Positions 1 to 8,231 of a stretch of DNA of 64,000 bases are shown one piece after another. A program made the translations under genes and the position numbers. The notes beneath the pieces were generated by a model. The model ran no database searches. It saw nothing but the letters and a program-made list of their open reading frames with translations, and was not told where the DNA came from. The number at the start of each line of letters is the position of its first letter. The stretch's first letter is position 1. The stretch is from Candidatus Adlerbacteria bacterium RIFOXYC1_FULL_48_26 (GTDB lineage Bacteria; Patescibacteriota; Minisyncoccia; Phycocordibacterales; SBAW01): positions 7,441 through 71,440 of the forward strand of contig MEXB01000009.1 of assembly GCA_001773575.1 (NCBI GenBank), given 5' to 3'.

Positions 1-1
1 T

Positions 2-469
2 GTTGAACTCGTCGGCAGCGGCGCTGTACCGGGCATCATCCTTGGCTTTAACGTTAAGGCAGACCGCGACGCTGTACAGCTCGCAGAACGCCTCGGAGTT
101 TCAGCTGCAACGTTCTCGATCATCTACGAACTTACAAAATGGCTCGGTGAAGAGATAGAAAAACGCCGCCCACGCGCAGAGATGGAAGAAAAAACTGGCG
201 CAGCAAAATTACTTAAAGTATTTAGCACAGTTAAGAACAAAGTTGTTGTTGGCGGACGCGTTGATGAAGGAGAGATCAACGAGGGTGCTGATATTAAAAT
301 CATGCGCCGCGATGTAGAAGTTGGACGTGGAACTATCACCACTCTTCAAACACAGAAGAACGCAACCAAGAATGTCGAAAAAGGAAACGAATTTGGCGCC
401 ATGCTCAAGATTGATTTTGAACCAGCCGCTGGCGATACCCTTGAAGCATTCGCGACCGTAACTAAATAG
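2..469 (+). CDS. infB: Translation initiation factor IF-2, C-terminal domain (5' partial, continues upstream of window)
   Basis: Open frame from window edge; translation ...VELVGSGAVPGIILGFNVKADRDAV...KIMRRDVEVGRGTITTLQTQKN matches IF-2 C-terminal beta-barrel; followed by rbfA as in the conserved nusA-infB-rbfA arrangement. Confidence 0.85.
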   Translation, partial: VELVGSGAVPGIILGFNVKADRDAVQLAERLGVSAATFSIIYELTKWLGEEIEKRRPRAEMEEKTGAAKLLKVFSTVKNKVVVGGRVDEGEINEGADIKIMRRDVEVGRGTITTLQTQKNATKNVEKGNEFGAMLKIDFEPAAGDTLEAFATVTK

Positions 470-495
470 TTCGACTACGCTCACCATAAATAACT

Positions 496-816
496 ATGAA
501 CGGGAACCGAGGAGAAAGAATACAAGAAGCAGTCCGTGCAACAGCGGCAGAATTTCTAGCAAAAGAAGCTGGACCTCAGTCGCTTATTACTGTTACCCAG
601 GTTGCGCTCTCAAACGACGCTCGTAGCGCACGCGTGTTTATCAGCGTACTTCCTGAGAGCGCAGAAGAGGCCGCTCTTGCCTTTGCACAGCGTAACCGTC
701 GAGAACTCGCAGAGTTTTTCCGCACTCGCGTGCGCGGTGCATTTCCTCCCCACTTCGAATTTATGATCGACCGCGGCGAAAAGAACCGCCAGCGTCTCGA
801 CGAACTGTCGAGTTAA
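496..816 (+). CDS. rbfA: Ribosome-binding factor A
   Basis: 106 aa; RIQEAVRATAAEFL...ARSARVFISV RbfA-like; immediately downstream of infB. Confidence 0.85.
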   Translation: MNGNRGERIQEAVRATAAEFLAKEAGPQSLITVTQVALSNDARSARVFISVLPESAEEAALAFAQRNRRELAEFFRTRVRGAFPPHFEFMIDRGEKNRQRLDELSS

Positions 817-866
817 CGTTAAAGTGAAGTACGTCTCGCGTAGGTTTACCCTGAGCGAAGTCGAAG

Positions 867-941
867 GGCCACGTCGCCAAGTAGTAAGGCACGGGACTGC
901 AAATCCTGAATACGCGGGTGCGATTCCCGCCGTGGCCTCCA
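867..941 (+). tRNA. tRNA-Cys (anticodon GCA)
   Basis: Cloverleaf read by eye: acceptor GGCCACG/CGTGGCC, anticodon loop CTGCAAA, T-arm GCGGG-TGCGATT-CCCGC, encoded CCA. Confidence 0.85.
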
Positions 942-959
942 AGGACATGTTCTACATAA

Positions 960-2468
960 CTACGAAAGAGCCTTTTTAAACACGGCTATCAATGCATCAA
1001 GTTCCCCGCGTGTTTCCGTACCAAGCGAGACTCGCACAAATGGCGCGGTAATATTGGTCGCGTAGCGGGCTGTTACATACAACCGCGTCGTATCAAACCC
1101 AAAGCTTGTTCCACCAACAATATCCACGCCCGCTGCCTGTGCAGCCTTTTCCACGCGAGAAACAAATGCGTCATAGTTTGAAACATCTTGTTTTTCCTCT
1201 TTAAAACTCAACGTAACAAATGGTCCTTGGAACGGTAGATCTTTTGCCCATGAGTACGCTCCGTGAGAAGGCAGGCTTGGGTGCACCACACGCGCAAGCA
1301 TTCCCTTTCCATCTCCTACAAACTCATCGAGTTCTTGTGCAAATATTTTTGCGTTTCTACCGATACGAGAAAGACGGGTATCAAACAGTTCTCTGTCGGG
1401 TACGGGCATCGCCAACACAGAAGCATCGGGCATAATAGTTCCCAAATGCATGCGCGCTTCAAACATGCCTTGCTCTGAACCTACGGGTGTCCAGATAATT
1501 CCCCCACCAGCGCGGTCAAACCCAAACTGATGGAACTTGAGGAGACTTTCCACCACCACAAGCTTCATGCCACCAAGTGGTTTAAGTGGTAGGTCGCGCA
1601 GTGGCTGGCAGAACGACGCCAGGCCTGTGTTGTCGAGAACCAAAGTCGATTCTGCTGAAAGCAGGTTTGAAAGTTTTGGAATAAGAACAGAGAGGTTCGG
1701 CATCGCGAGAGACTCAGCGCCGCAGATGGAATCTAAAAATACAATTGAAGGTTGCAGCTTCTCTGCCATAAGGAGCATGTTTTCCGTATCAAACTCATCA
1801 ACATAATGAATCTGCCCCGGGAACAATTTTTCCAACTGCCATTTATTTTGGAAATAACTTGCCTGCCCCACCATCACGACAGAGTCGGGTGCGACACGAG
1901 AATGCAGTGACGTAAGCACCGTTGTTACAGCACTCATGCCGCTGCTGGTTGGAAATGCGAACGGTGCTAAGCGAAGCGGATGGTCAACATATGCTTTTAC
2001 AAACTGCTGGCCATAGCGTTTCTCGTCGATATGCATGTCGCGCTTGTAGTCATTTGCGGAGACAGATATCTTTCCCGTTTCATTTCCTGCCTGGGCTGTA
2101 TGCGTATGCCAAATTGAAGGAGACTGCCAATTACCTGAAGACAGTAAGCCACCGAGCGTCGCATGGAACGTTCTAAGAAGATCGCCGTACTCCTTTTTCT
2201 TTTGTATAAGTTCTTCCTCGTGTCCGACATTCCACAGAGCGTCATTCTTCAACACACGTTCAACTTCTGCAGAAATGCCCTGGAGTATTGCCTGTAGTCC
2301 ATCAGCCTGGCTTTTTACATACACCCTCGTCGGCTTTACATACGAGCCATGTGCTTTGTCTAGATGTATAGAAAACGCTTGGACGCGCTCCTGCGCAGAG
2401 CTGTACAGCGCTCGCAGACGTTCGTAATCTTCTCTCAGATCTGCCAGCGTTTCCTCCATTGGAGCCAT
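960..2468 (-). CDS. PLP-dependent Cys/Met-metabolism family enzyme (cystathionine gamma-synthase/beta-lyase/OAH-sulfhydrylase-like) with ~120-150 aa N-terminal extension
   Basis: 502 aa; fold-type I PLP motifs incl. VVESLLKFHQFGFDRAGG (PLP-Lys region) and GGTSFGFDTTRLY; N-terminal coiled region not typical. Confidence 0.7.
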   Translation of the reverse strand: MAPMEETLADLREDYERLRALYSSAQERVQAFSIHLDKAHGSYVKPTRVYVKSQADGLQAILQGISAEVERVLKNDALWNVGHEEELIQKKKEYGDLLRTFHATLGGLLSSGNWQSPSIWHTHTAQAGNETGKISVSANDYKRDMHIDEKRYGQQFVKAYVDHPLRLAPFAFPTSSGMSAVTTVLTSLHSRVAPDSVVMVGQASYFQNKWQLEKLFPGQIHYVDEFDTENMLLMAEKLQPSIVFLDSICGAESLAMPNLSVLIPKLSNLLSAESTLVLDNTGLASFCQPLRDLPLKPLGGMKLVVVESLLKFHQFGFDRAGGGIIWTPVGSEQGMFEARMHLGTIMPDASVLAMPVPDRELFDTRLSRIGRNAKIFAQELDEFVGDGKGMLARVVHPSLPSHGAYSWAKDLPFQGPFVTLSFKEEKQDVSNYDAFVSRVEKAAQAAGVDIVGGTSFGFDTTRLYVTARYATNITAPFVRVSLGTETRGELDALIAVFKKALS

Positions 2469-2504
2469 TTTAGCACGCGAGCCCTGTGATAAAGTTTCTC
2501 TATA

Positions 2505-3242
2505 ATGCCCATTGCAGACATCCTTGGTTTAAAGCCTGGCCCCACGTTGCTTGTTACCGCAGGGCTTGATGGCGATGAATATCCTTCTATTGAAGCCGCC
2601 TATGCTGCGGCAGAAACATATAACGGTGGGAATTTCAGTGGCAGACTTATTATTCTTCCCATTGTTAATGTGGCGGGGTTTGATGCCGGCACTTCAAAAA
2701 ACCCTATTGATGGAAAATATCCTAAGTACTGCATACCAGGCAGCCTCTTTGGCACCACACCGCGCCTTATGCGACGAATTGTTCAAGACTATGCACGACA
2801 CGCCTCACTATGGCTGGACCTACACAGTGCAGCACAAGGCGAGACAGTTATTCCCTGCCTCTGGAACAACATCAGTGGCGTTGCGGCCATAGATGCTCGT
2901 GGTGAAGCATTTACGCGAGTATCAGGAGTTGTGGCCGCAGTGCGCGAACAAGGCAGTACAGCAACTCGCACACTCGCAAAATATGGATGCACATACGTTC
3001 TTGCAGAATCGGAGGATGAAGAACAGCATGGACACTACATAGACCGTGCAATGCAAACACTTGGAATGATTCCTAGCGTTTCTTCCATACGACCTCCACG
3101 TGTGTTTACAAAAACACGCGACCTAGAAACCCTTGAAGATATCCCGGGCGAAGGTGAGGTACTTTTATGGAAAAAAGTTGCCCAACCTCCCCACCCGGGG
3201 GCTAGATTGGGCGAAATAGCTTACGAAGAGATTACGGAGTAA
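2505..3242 (+). CDS. Succinylglutamate desuccinylase/aspartoacylase (AstE/AspA, M14-like) family protein, possibly with degenerate metal site
   Basis: 245 aa; LVTAGLDGDEY (HxxE-position has DGDE), LWLDLHS (third ligand His region). Confidence 0.5.
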   Translation: MPIADILGLKPGPTLLVTAGLDGDEYPSIEAAYAAAETYNGGNFSGRLIILPIVNVAGFDAGTSKNPIDGKYPKYCIPGSLFGTTPRLMRRIVQDYARHASLWLDLHSAAQGETVIPCLWNNISGVAAIDARGEAFTRVSGVVAAVREQGSTATRTLAKYGCTYVLAESEDEEQHGHYIDRAMQTLGMIPSVSSIRPPRVFTKTRDLETLEDIPGEGEVLLWKKVAQPPHPGARLGEIAYEEITE

Positions 3243-3255
3243 AATAGCCTCATTA

Positions 3256-3341
3256 GCCGGGGTGATGAAATGGTAGACATAGGGGACTTAAAATCCCCGG
3301 ACGTAAAAGTCGTGTGGGTTCGAGTCCCACCCCCGGCACCA
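3256..3341 (+). tRNA. tRNA-Leu (anticodon TAA), long variable arm
   Basis: Acceptor GCCGGGG/CCCCGGC, anticodon loop CTTAAAA, long variable arm, T-arm GTGGG-TTCGAGT-CCCAC, CCA encoded. Confidence 0.85.
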
Positions 3342-3347
3342 GAACAT

Positions 3348-4205
3348 ATGTACGGCGAGATACTAAAAGAGGCACCAGAAGGCTATGTTCCCCACTACCA
3401 ATGGCCTGAGTATGTTCTTGATACTGACGTCCCTCCTCTCTTGGCACCGCGCCTCGTTGGTAAAAACCCAGTCGGCATGTACCGCCGCTTTTGGCCTATT
3501 GTTGTTGAAGAATATATTTCCGATAAAGAACCAGTCCTTGCAGACTCGGACCCAGAAAAGATTTCTCTGAACCGCATCATTATCTGGCAGCGTGTGTTCC
3601 ATAAAGATCAGCCAAAAGGATGGCGCACATTAAGACAAAAGCCTCCACAACTTGAAGGGTTTGCAGAACTCGGGGATGAATATTGGAAACAATGGTCAGA
3701 GTCTGCACGCAGATATCGTCGTAAGTGGCATGATGAATTTTTGGGAAAAGAATATGCGATAGAGAATATTAGTGCCGAAGAATTTTTAAAACATTACGAA
3801 AAGAGCACTATTAAGTCGTATATAAAAAAATTATATGCAGATATAGTTTTGCGAAAACAAAAAGCTTCAGCACATATACGTTTTATTGCCGCCCGCCATC
3901 TACCCACAGGCGACATCGCCGCGGCAATGGCTGTTGTTGATTCTCCGACACACAAAGCCTCGCACTACCTCTGTGGCTTTATAAAACCGGAATATGAAAA
4001 AGCCCCTGCAATGGTGGGAGTGATGGATGAATGGCATGCACGTGGAATAAAACACGGTATGAAGTTCCTCCACTTTGGACGTTTTTGGCAAAAAGGCGAC
4101 CCTGATGACTGGAAAGGATTCTCCCTCTTCAAATCCAAATTTGGATTGCGCTATGTCGCCTATCCACCCGCCCTGTGGAGATTTAAGGGTGGGAGGCTTT
4201 TTTAA
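3348..4205 (+). CDS. FemAB-family (aminoacyl-tRNA-dependent aminoacyltransferase-like, GNAT fold) protein
   Basis: 285 aa from first ATG after tRNA-Leu (ORF-track start 3270 overlaps the tRNA); C-terminal ...DDWKGFSLFKSKFG resembles FemABX F(K/R)KGFG tail. Confidence 0.5.
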   Translation: MYGEILKEAPEGYVPHYQWPEYVLDTDVPPLLAPRLVGKNPVGMYRRFWPIVVEEYISDKEPVLADSDPEKISLNRIIIWQRVFHKDQPKGWRTLRQKPPQLEGFAELGDEYWKQWSESARRYRRKWHDEFLGKEYAIENISAEEFLKHYEKSTIKSYIKKLYADIVLRKQKASAHIRFIAARHLPTGDIAAAMAVVDSPTHKASHYLCGFIKPEYEKAPAMVGVMDEWHARGIKHGMKFLHFGRFWQKGDPDDWKGFSLFKSKFGLRYVAYPPALWRFKGGRLF

Positions 4206-4235
4206 AGATAAAAATGTGCTACTCTTTTGTTGTTC

Positions 4236-4308
4236 GCGCCTATAGCTCAGTTGGTAGAGCAACTCCCTCTTAAGGAGATGGTCCCAGGTTCGAATCCTGG
4301 TGGGCGCA
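4236..4308 (+). tRNA. tRNA-Lys (anticodon CTT)
   Basis: Acceptor GCGCCTA/TGGGCGC, D-arm TAGCTCAGTTGGTAGAGC, anticodon loop CTCTTAA, T-arm CCAGG-TTCGAAT-CCTGG; CCA not encoded. Confidence 0.85.
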
Positions 4309-4313
4309 CAGAT

Positions 4314-4395
4314 GCTGGGATGGCGGAATTGGTATACGCGCCAGTCTTAGGAACTGGTCCCGCAAGGGATGGAGGTTCAAGTCCTCTTCCCAGCA
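4314..4395 (+). tRNA. tRNA-Leu (anticodon TAG), long variable arm
   Basis: Acceptor GCTGGGA/TCCCAGC, anticodon stem CCAGT/ACTGG with loop CTTAGGA, long variable arm, T-arm GGAGG-TTCAAGT-CCTCT. Confidence 0.8.
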
Positions 4396-4439
4396 CACAT
4401 AAACCCTCTTTTAAGCCTTATTTTGCACCCTTTTTTAGC

Positions 4440-4469
4440 TTGACAAGGTGTATTTTATTGTAGTATAAT
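4440..4469 (+). promoter_or_regulatory. Sigma70-like promoter TTGACA-18nt-TATAAT upstream of SPFH cassette
   Basis: Consensus -35 and -10 hexamers at 4440-4445 and 4464-4469; SD-like AAAGGAA ~8 nt before ATG at 4561. Confidence 0.6.
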
Positions 4470-4560
4470 ATTAAAGAATACCAAACCAGGCATATGCCTG
4501 TTAGGGACAGACATTCATCGCGGCATCTCGCCGTAGAACTTTGAAAGAAAGGAACGTGTT

Positions 4561-6156
4561 ATGGAACGCATTCTCAATTTCTTCCGTGCATTGCTCCGCC
4601 AGTCACGCACTCTGTGGCGGTGGAACAGCCGGAGGAGCACTCGTCGACTTCGGTCCACGATGCACTCGATGAACACGCTGGTGCGGTCAATGAGCACCAT
4701 CGCATCTGTGGCAGTCGCCACGGTTGGATGGGCCATCCTCATTTGGATGATCGCTCTTGCCGCACCTCTTGTAGCGGCAATCGTGGGGGCGTTGGTGACT
4801 GGTTTTACCATTCTCTTCTTCTTGCTCCCCTTCGTCCCCACCGCAATCGGGCTTGGGATTCAAAAGCCTGATCGGTATAGGCCGAAGAACGCTCCCGGTA
4901 TCACAACAACACGTGAGTATCCGCCATCAAAGTTCGGTTTCTTCATCTACCCTCATCCGGGCAGAGTGTTTGTAATCGAACGTGGCGGGCGGTTCGTTCG
5001 CGCCATGATGTCGTATCCGCATCGCATGTTCAGAGGCGAAATACGAAACCCGGATAACGATCCAGATGGACAAAGGTTCCTTCCTAACGAGCCTGAGTAC
5101 TGGGAGATCGTAAAAACGCCTGATGGCGAGCATGACACCCATCCACTGCCGTTCCCCTCCCCGGAGAACAGGCCGTGGTTCTGGATCTTCTACTCTCCCT
5201 TAAGCATCCTGTTTTGGATCTGGAAACGCTTCGTGTTCAAGGTTACCGGCGCTGCCTTCACAGGCATACCGCCGTTCCAAGGACCTCGCGTGTATCCAAT
5301 GGAGAGAAACGAAGAAATTACGTTGGAATCCGGCGAAACGGAGCTTGTACGAGTGGAAGACTACAGCAATCACTACCGGGTTGCGCACTTTCAATACCCG
5401 GTGAAGATTGCGAATGTCGACACTTACGACAAGATTCCCGTCAGGGTAATGCTCAACCTCGTCGCACATGTCTACAATCCGTTCATGACGGCCTACGAGA
5501 CTGACGACGACTGGACAACCCGTTTTAGCAACTTGGCAAAAGATGCTACAACCGGGTTCGCTCGGTCCAGGCCTCTAACCGAGGTCTGGACAGCAGCAAA
5601 GGGAAAAACGCGCGAGCTTGCGAAACGAGTGCGCGCGTTTGGACTTCTCGATACGTACAAGGAAGCGTTGCGCCAGGAGGTGCGCAATGGAACTAGTGAG
5701 GCTGAGCCAGGCGAAACGCCTGACACCGACGCAGAAAATCCTACTCGGAGCCAGAGTTTCACATGCGCCTTTGGCATCGTGATCGACAACGTCAACATTC
5801 TCGACATCTCGCCAATGGATCCGAAAGACACGGAAAAATTGGGAGATGTGGCTCGTGCGCAAGTTCGGATGGAAGCAGCACAACTGGACGCAAAAGGTGC
5901 CGTCGCCATCACCGAAGAAACCGCACGAATCATCAAGGAGAATGAGAATATGCTGCGCGACATTCCTCATGCTGCGCAGATCTTGGGGATGGAAACTAGT
6001 GTCCGTATCGCGCAAGCGGCCGGCACGGAAGGAAATCTTGTGTATATCACCGGTGGCACCAGCCAGGCAAGCGACCCAAACCAAGCGCTCGCCTTGCAAG
6101 AACTTCGGCGTCTCCGGCGGCAGAACAAGAGACTGACAAAAGAAAGCGAGGGATAA
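4561..6156 (+). CDS. Membrane-anchored SPFH/band-7 (stomatin/prohibitin/flotillin-like) domain protein
   Basis: 531 aa; Arg-rich N-terminus, two TM helices, then SPFH-like segments (VFVIERGGRFVRAM ... GIVIDNVNILDISPMDPKDTEKLGDVARAQVRMEAAQLDAKG) and C-terminal coiled-coil; GC visibly higher than neighbours. Confidence 0.55.
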   Translation: MERILNFFRALLRQSRTLWRWNSRRSTRRLRSTMHSMNTLVRSMSTIASVAVATVGWAILIWMIALAAPLVAAIVGALVTGFTILFFLLPFVPTAIGLGIQKPDRYRPKNAPGITTTREYPPSKFGFFIYPHPGRVFVIERGGRFVRAMMSYPHRMFRGEIRNPDNDPDGQRFLPNEPEYWEIVKTPDGEHDTHPLPFPSPENRPWFWIFYSPLSILFWIWKRFVFKVTGAAFTGIPPFQGPRVYPMERNEEITLESGETELVRVEDYSNHYRVAHFQYPVKIANVDTYDKIPVRVMLNLVAHVYNPFMTAYETDDDWTTRFSNLAKDATTGFARSRPLTEVWTAAKGKTRELAKRVRAFGLLDTYKEALRQEVRNGTSEAEPGETPDTDAENPTRSQSFTCAFGIVIDNVNILDISPMDPKDTEKLGDVARAQVRMEAAQLDAKGAVAITEETARIIKENENMLRDIPHAAQILGMETSVRIAQAAGTEGNLVYITGGTSQASDPNQALALQELRRLRRQNKRLTKESEG

Positions 6157-6159
6157 ACC

Positions 6160-7128
6160 ATGTACTGGGACATATTCCTCGGACTCGTAGGCCTTATCGT
6201 CGGTGTACCTCTCGCAGGTTTTCTGGCGTGGTGGCTACTGAAGCTTTTGCTTCTGCTACGGACCAAGCTTGGTCATGCAGAAGACCCAACACCTGAAACA
6301 CGGAGGCGGAGACGGCAACTGTTCCGAACAATCGCCATTGCGATTCTAGGGATTGCTGTTGTCATCACTGCCTTCTTGTATATACCGTGGGGCGCGATTC
6401 CCCACGATGAATCCAGAAGCTGGTCATCCTCTGGATGGCAGTGGCTGGAATACGCGTACGTTGCCTATGTACCAGCAGGGGTACGGAGTTTCATCCTTAC
6501 CTACATCTGGACATGGTGGTTTGCTATCGTTGTTGGCATTCTCTTCTTACTGGATCTACTCCGGCGAGGAAAGAAGGCCCAAGTGATAGCGCTTGTGGTT
6601 CTTGTGGCGGTTGGCTCAATAGCCTACTGGTTCGGGCCGGAACTTACGTGTGCCGACGACGACATTGTCTGCAAGGCCCAACATCTGCAACAAAAGCAGA
6701 TAAAGGCCGCCGAAGAGCTCCATAAGGAGCAAGAGCGGCAACGGCAGGCAGCGTTGGCCATCGAGCAAGCGAGAATCGCCACCCAAAAGCAGGTGGCGGA
6801 AGCGGCGGGAGGCGCTCAATGCCTCAACGTCGCTCACAAGGACCACCAGTTCGGGACAGCACCGGACGAATCGTCAATCATCAACCCGGACGGGAAATGT
6901 TTCTTCGCAAACTTTTACCCACCGGAAGATGAGGGTATCTGCTTTTACCAGCAGAGCGCCCATAGCTCGAAACCACACGGACCCTTCGGCAGAGATTGCC
7001 CTGGGGCCATACCGTTCAACCAGAACACAGCACCTCGAGATGTTGAACGCATCTGGGGAAACAAACCTTTCAAAGCGAACTTTGTTCTTCGCCCGCGCAG
7101 TGGCACAAACCACGGCACGAGCAACTAA
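6160..7128 (+). CDS. Hypothetical 4-TM membrane protein with coiled-coil linker and Cys-rich C-terminal domain
   Basis: 322 aa; starts 4 nt after stop of SPFH gene (operon); hydrophobic helices, Q/E/R-rich coiled-coil, C-terminal CxnC pairs. Confidence 0.6.
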   Translation: MYWDIFLGLVGLIVGVPLAGFLAWWLLKLLLLLRTKLGHAEDPTPETRRRRRQLFRTIAIAILGIAVVITAFLYIPWGAIPHDESRSWSSSGWQWLEYAYVAYVPAGVRSFILTYIWTWWFAIVVGILFLLDLLRRGKKAQVIALVVLVAVGSIAYWFGPELTCADDDIVCKAQHLQQKQIKAAEELHKEQERQRQAALAIEQARIATQKQVAEAAGGAQCLNVAHKDHQFGTAPDESSIINPDGKCFFANFYPPEDEGICFYQQSAHSSKPHGPFGRDCPGAIPFNQNTAPRDVERIWGNKPFKANFVLRPRSGTNHGTSN

Positions 7129-7136
7129 CACCAAAC

Positions 7137-7169
7137 GGCAGGACCACAAGTCCTGCCGTTTTTCTTTTT
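7137..7169. terminator. Rho-independent terminator (GGCAGGAC-loop-GTCCTGCC + T-run)
   Basis: 8-bp GC-rich stem 7137-7144/7150-7157 followed by TTTTTCTTTTT; sits between convergent gene sets. Confidence 0.75.
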
Positions 7170-7181
7170 GCATTTCTTAAT

Positions 7182-7430
7182 CTAGAACGAGTTTACTGTA
7201 TTTTGTATTACCGCAATAATGCCGAAGGCTGAGGCCATTACAAACATACCTACAATTCCCCACAGCATGTGATTTTTACCGTCCTCTTTCGCATGCTCAT
7301 CGCCTCGAATATTGAATTTGAAAAAGAATTCAGCGACACCAAATACAAACACCGCCAAACCCGCTGCAAACAAGAGCACAAGCAGCGGGTTGATGATGAC
7401 GGTATTGAGAGCCTGAACTAATTGCCCCAT
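7182..7430 (-). CDS. Small 2-TM membrane protein, signal-peptide-less paralog of the adjacent pilin-like proteins
   Basis: 82 aa; LLFAAGLAVFVFGVAEFFFKF...MLWGIVGMFVMASAFGII aligns with mature parts of neighbours. Confidence 0.5.
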   Translation of the reverse strand: MGQLVQALNTVIINPLLVLLFAAGLAVFVFGVAEFFFKFNIRGDEHAKEDGKNHMLWGIVGMFVMASAFGIIAVIQNTVNSF

Positions 7431-7786
7431 TACTGAGTTACGCGAGGTGCACGGAGAGCATCACCAGTGTTGTTGAAGTACTTGATACCAAGCGCTTCTG
7501 CACCGAACTGAAGAATACCGTAGAGGGTGATCATGACAAACAAAGATACGAGACCTGCGATCATGGTGTTTTTACCTGCAGCAGTGTCCTTTCCCTGACC
7601 CCAGATGTATTTAACCAAGCCCCAGAAGAACGCAATAATAGCGAGGACGATAAGGATAGGGATGATAAGGCGAAGGCCGTACCCTACTGAGCTTATCAAT
7701 TGAACAATGTTATTCAGCTGCTGCGCCGAAGCGATAAACGGTGTTAAAAGCAATAAAGCTGAACTTGCGACGTATATTTTCTTCAT
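7430..7786 (-). CDS. Secreted small membrane protein, TrbC/VirB2 pilin-like (2 hydrophobic helices after Sec signal peptide)
   Basis: 118 aa; signal peptide MKKIYVASSALLLLTPFIASA|QQ; motif AIIAFFWGLVKYI...GLVSLFVMITLYGIL. Confidence 0.6.
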   Translation of the reverse strand: MKKIYVASSALLLLTPFIASAQQLNNIVQLISSVGYGLRLIIPILIVLAIIAFFWGLVKYIWGQGKDTAAGKNTMIAGLVSLFVMITLYGILQFGAEALGIKYFNNTGDALRAPRVTQ

Positions 7787-7868
7787 AAAGTATTAATAGT
7801 ATTACGTTGTTAAGTGTATCAAGCGCCCCCTGCTATACAAGGAAGCTGTGTGGATAGTCCTGGGCAGA

Positions 7869-8231
7869 CTATAGAGGCAAAACCCCCTTAAGGAACTCAA
7901 GTATGCCCGCAAGAGCAACCACTACAAAAAGTCCAATCAAGCCCCACACAATGGTGTCTCTCCCCTTTTTGCGGCCCTTCACATCACCAGCGTAGTAGAT
8001 GTAGCGGACAAGACCCCAAAAAAAGGCAATTATGGCGACGGTAAGAAAAAGACCGGTAAGACTGTTTAAAAGGCCTACAAACATCTTCACCAAGCCATCT
8101 AGCGTAAGACCGCTGCTTGGGTTTGTAAGACGTATCTTTGGCGCAGTACCAGTTTGCGCATACGCAAAGAACGGAGCTAGTACGCCTACCATCAAAGCCA
8201 CACTGCGTATGTAATATTTCTTTAACGGCAT
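7869..8231 (-). CDS. Secreted small membrane protein, TrbC/VirB2 pilin-like paralog
   Basis: Start moved to MPLKKYYIRSVALMVG (signal peptide) by analogy with paralogs; motif AIIAFFWGLVRYI...GLIGLFVVVALAGIL. Confidence 0.55.
   Translation of the reverse strand: MPLKKYYIRSVALMVGVLAPFFAYAQTGTAPKIRLTNPSSGLTLDGLVKMFVGLLNSLTGLFLTVAIIAFFWGLVRYIYYAGDVKGRKKGRDTIVWGLIGLFVVVALAGILEFLKGVLPL

Noticed and set aside
610-948. 112-aa minus-strand ORF spanning the rbfA 3' end and tRNA-Cys
   Set aside because: Overlaps a well-supported tRNA and the antisense of rbfA, with no RBS. Treated as an ORF-finder artefact.
3270-3347. ORF-track start of the FemAB-like gene at 3270, and the N-terminal extension of 43232-43645
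   Set aside because: Both extensions overlap confidently folded tRNAs (tRNA-Leu and tRNA-Ser). Starts were moved to the first ATG downstream of the tRNA.
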